A stretch of DNA of 20,000 nucleotides from Spongospora subterranea f. sp. subterranea (Eukaryota): positions 59,981 through 79,980 of the forward strand of contig JAUGWO010000111.1 of the NCBI GenBank assembly GCA_049724395.1. Direction: 5' to 3'. A model generated the notes under the pieces. That model was not told where the DNA came from. It worked only from the letters and a program-made list of their open reading frames with translations, and did no database searches. Positions 17,849-20,000 of the stretch are shown here, in pieces. The position numbers and the translations under genes are program-made. Numbering within the stretch: the stretch's first letter is position 1; each line of letters opens with the position of its first letter.

Positions 17849-20000
17849 ATGAAAGAAATTTTTCAGACGATTCAAAAGTTCTCCGGCAAAGACACCGATG
17901 ACCTGTTACTATGGCAACAAAAGGTAGTGATGTATCTATCGACAAAGGATCTGGAATTATGCGTTGAGAAAGACCCTGATGCTAACGCGACTCCGGACCA
18001 ACTACGCAAAGACAAGAAAGCTAAGTCCATTTTATGCAGCTGCATTGATGACGTGATTGTCGGCGCAATAATGAAGGAAACAACGGCACACAAGGCGTGG
18101 GCGCTTCTTGAAAGCCTTTACCGCAAGAAATCACGATCCACCAGAACCAGACTCATCGCCGAGTTTTGGAACTGCACAAAGAATGACGCCCCGATGGCCA
18201 CTTACATTGCCACCCTTCAAGTTTTACAGTCAAAGCTCCGCGCTATCGGAAAGGATATGACAGATGAAGACATGACTGATCGCCTACTATCAGGCCTCCC
18301 ATCTTGTTTTGACGCATTCACCGTCACGTTGGATACACTCAGCGAAGTCAAGTTTGCCGCTACTGCCGCGTCGCTCATCAATTTTGAAGCCCAACTCGAG
18401 CACAGGTCTCGTGAAGTATCGGCAGTTTCCATCCTGCCTCGAGCATGCGCTACCTCAGTCAAACGGCATTCTCGCTGCAGCTATCACAACTCCAACTCGC
18501 ATGACAATGCCCACTGCTGGGCACAACATCCCGAGCTACGTCCGAAACATTTATTCACTAAACAGTCTGCCTCAGTCTATCCCCTCCAACGATCAAAAGT
18601 AGCTCCACTCTCCCAACAATCAGCTCATGAACACAGTGACGAATGGCTTCTTGACTGTTGCTGCTCAATGCACATGTGTCCCGAATCCTCTACCTTGCAG
18701 GAAGTTCTGCCCGATTCCGATCCCGTGACAGTTACTATGGCAAATAATGAGAGTCTTTGCTCAACTGCAACCGGCAGCAGCAAAATAGGCACTGGAAATA
18801 CCATCATCGATATTTCACCGGTATTACACATACCCGGTCTTTCCAATAATCTTCTCTCCATTGGACAAGCAACTTCGGACGGACTATCGTTTTTGTTCAA
18901 GGGAGACTACTGCAAAATATTCAACATCGACGGTAAACTTGTCGGCAAAGTTAAGAAGGATGCCAACAACTTGTACCCGTTCCCTGATCATCGTAACATA
19001 CCTCATCTACCGTTCGTTGCCTCATCTATTGCGACAAGCGTTAATCTGCATCAACTCTGGCACAACCGCCTCGGCCACATCAACAATGCCGATCTCGACG
19101 TAATCCTACAAGGCATCAATGGCGGTGAAAAGATCATACCCAATCAACGTTTCGGAGCTCTGCAATGGCTGTTTGATGGGGAAGATGCCAAGAGGCAAGA
19201 TAGCGCGTTTTTCCAAATAACTCCACCAGCTCACCCCTCGAAATCGTTCACAGCGATATTTCCGGACCTTTTCCAGTTGATGGCATCCATTCTAGATCAA
19301 GATACTACATCACATTCCTAGATCAGCACACAAGGTATACCGTCGTTTATCTACTTCGAAGGAAATCCGAGGCTTTTAGCAATCAAAACGTTCATCAGAA
19401 TGGTCAATACTCTTTTCTTGGACAAGGGCTTCTCAGTAAAATACTTTCAAAGCGACAATGGCGGCGAATATACTTCCAACGACTGTCAGGCGCTGTTTCA
19501 AGAACTGGGCATTGTGCATAGAAAAATTGTTCCGTATCAATCAGAGCAAATGGGATGATCGAAAGACTGAATCGCACAATCATGGACTGCGCAGAGAGCA
19601 TACGATTCGGTGCAAACTTAAAGCAAAACTTCTGGACAGCCTCTGTTTGTACAGCCGTTTATCTCCTCAATCGCAGGCCCCACAGTCACCTATCGGAACA
19701 CATGTCTCCATTCGAAGCCTGGCACAATAAGAAACCAGACCTAATGCACCTGCGAACGTTCGGTTGCGATGCGTACATCCACCTTCCAAACCAGCTGCAT
19801 CGCAAGCTACAACCAAGAAGCTCAATGGTAACATTTATCGGGTACACCATGGAACAGAAAGGTTATCTCTTTTATTGCAGCTCTACCAACAAAATTACTG
19901 CCACTCGGTTCACTGACGCTGTCTTCGACGAGAACTCTTTCACACGGGAAACCTTGGACCAGATTGATGACAACACTATCCAATTACACCTTGGCGACAT
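17849..20000 (+). pseudogene. gag-pol: Copia family B gag-pol, copy B2 (Gag, PR, IN), small indels after ~19150, runs off the window
   Basis: Near-identical to 4323 onward. Indels lie mostly in homopolymers and may be sequencing errors. Confidence 0.93.

Noticed and set aside
19140..19560. Programmed frameshifts in B2 (and at 6245 in B1)
   Set aside because: Indels differ between near-identical copies and mostly sit in homopolymers, so they are sequencing errors or decay.

Overview
The whole window is a nested, rearranged cluster of eukaryotic LTR retrotransposons, with no host genes. It holds three related Ty1/copia families (labelled A, B, C here), a 212-bp solo LTR of a fourth family (D), and one degenerate Ty3/gypsy element. 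Left to right: copia A gag, leader, LTR and the RNase H end of an upstream copy (1-1711, minus). Copia B 3' LTR and RT/RNase H (1712-4083, minus), joined back-to-back to copia B gag-PR-IN (4086-6595, plus). A Ty3/gypsy element (6596-10554, plus) carrying the solo LTR. A copia A LTR and leader (10555-10903, plus). A near-complete copia C with two LTRs (10904-16599, minus). A copia IN-RT linker fragment (16600-17368, minus). A second copia B (17369-20000, plus). The main finding is how the copia elements appear to be primed. None has a TGG-type primer-binding site (PBS). Each LTR that leads into a gag leader is instead followed directly by 14 nt complementary to tRNA positions 27-40 (anticodon arm). 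This is the register of the half-tRNA-iMet PBS of Drosophila copia/Ty5, but here it matches tRNA-Asn(GUU) (families A, B) and tRNA-Lys(CUU) (family C). These LTRs also have relaxed 3' ends (CA, TA, AA), and the solo LTR's 5-bp target-site duplication (TSD) supports the AA end. The tRNA comparisons rely on recalled human/yeast sequences and need checking against the host tRNA set.
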